64,000 nt of DNA from Leucoraja ocellata (Eukaryota), in assembly GCA_036785375.1 (NCBI GenBank), contig JAWMAR010001001.1, positions 62,001 through 126,000 of the forward strand, in the 5' to 3' direction. A program made the position numbers and the translations under genes. Positions 62,628 through 64,000 of the stretch are shown in pieces. The notes beneath the pieces were generated by a model that saw only the letters and a list, made by a program, of their open reading frames with translations, was not told the DNA's origin and made no database searches. The stretch's first letter is position 1, and every line of letters starts with the position of its first letter.

Positions 62628-62990
62628 TCAGAGCACTTCAACTCCCCTTCCCATTCCGAATCCGACCTTCCTGTCGTGGGCCTCCTCCATGGCCAGAGTG
62701 AGCACCACCGGAAATTGGAGGAGCAGCACCTCATATTCCGCTTGGGCAGTCTGCACCCCAGCGGCATGAACATTGACTTCTCCAATTTCCGGTAGCTCTT
62801 GCTGTCTCCTCCCCTTCTCAGCTCTCCCTCAGCCCTCTGGCTCCTCCTCTTCCTTTCTTCTTCCCGCCCCCCCCCCCCCCCCCACCCTACATCAGTTTGA
62901 AGAAGGGTTTCGGCCCGAAACATTGCCTATTTCCTTCACTCCATAGATGCTGCCTCACCCGCTGAGTTTCTCCAGCACTGTTGTCTACAT
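62628..62990 (+). mobile_element. Penelope 3' fragment (GIY-YIG C-terminus + 3' end)
   Basis: HFNSPSHSESDL...KLEEQHLIFRLGSLHPSGMNIDFSNFR*; matches 32400-32780. Confidence 0.92.
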
Positions 62991-64000
62991 CAGAGGAACA
63001 AGTAGCATCTGTTGGGGAAAATAAATTGTCCATATTTCAGGTCAAGACCTCCTGCAATGGGACTGGGAGTGGAGGGGGAAAATATGGAGCCAGGTGAGGG
63101 AGAAGGACGATGAAGGCAGAGACAGCTACCAGAGGGTGATAAATGGGGGAATAAATGTTATCAGTGCTGGAATCTGACAAGCAAAGAAGATGACAATGCG
63201 ATCCGCTTAAACCTCAGTGAAAATATGATGGAAACAGATAGGAAGGGGATCTGCTGGTTGAAATGGTATCTTAATCAAATTAGTTTACCAATTTGCATGA
63301 TTTTATGTGTGTAAATAGTGGGTCCTTTGCAATGTGAAAATAACCAAAGAAAAGAGAATACAAATCAGCACACTGTCAATTGTTTTTGCCTGCAATCTAG
63401 AGTAGATGGTGTTTATTGACCCTCACTCAGTCCATAAATACTGACTACTTAATTAATATATTTTTAAATACAGTTAAACCCCTGTCACAAAATAGCGAGA
63501 CTAAATCTGTGGATAAATATAAATGAGATTGAAAATGTCATGACATGACGTACTTTGAGATTAGATACATTAAAGGTATTGAGAACAAATATAAATAGGA
63601 AGAAATCCAAGGGGTGAAAAAAGATGAAAATTACCCAAAGGCACAACCTAACCAAATACAGTATAATTTGCTTTCGAAAACACACAAATGAAATCACCTC
63701 AACTGAGATAATTTATGCAAATTGTACACAACCAGCTTTCTTATGGATTCATTCAACTGGCTTATCTCCTGAAGAGAGCTTTGTCAATGTTTCAATGTCC
63801 TTCTAATTTTCCATCCCGGTCCACAATATATAATAATTAAGGACTGAGGATAATCATTATTTTTATTGGTACAACCAACATAATCCTGGTCTCTGCCCCA
63901 ACCTTTTCACATTTCTCACCCTTCCACCTGCTCCAAAATCACAAACTCTTTTGCCATGTGGGGTTTAAATTAGCTGATATTGCTTTGACCCATGATCCAC

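Overview
Eukaryotic, repeat-dense, apparently non-coding (intronic or intergenic) DNA. The repeat set points to a cartilaginous fish, probably a skate or ray (inference from CR1/HER1-type LINEs, HE1/V-SINE-type tRNA SINEs, Deu-domain SINEs and abundant Penelope ends). No host protein-coding gene can be supported, and every recognisable ORF is transposon-derived: CR1 endonuclease/RT, Penelope RT/GIY-YIG, Tc1 transposase, Rex1/Babar, Vingi-like and L1 C-termini, and a THAP zinc finger. The most interesting signals are RNA-structural: (i) a 131-bp TSD-flanked element with no tRNA head whose 5' end folds as an HDV-like ribozyme with a Pr77-like core and whose tail matches a Vingi-like LINE in the same window; (ii) a second HDV-like fold at the 5' end of an RTE element; (iii) many Penelope-derived ends carrying minimal hammerhead cores. 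There is also a 900-bp hairpin DNA transposon built from two convergent THAP-exon arms, two non-autonomous Helitrons, a hAT element with a perfect 8-bp TSD and several nested insertions. Family assignments come from recalled motifs, not database searches, and boundaries of degenerate repeats are approximate.
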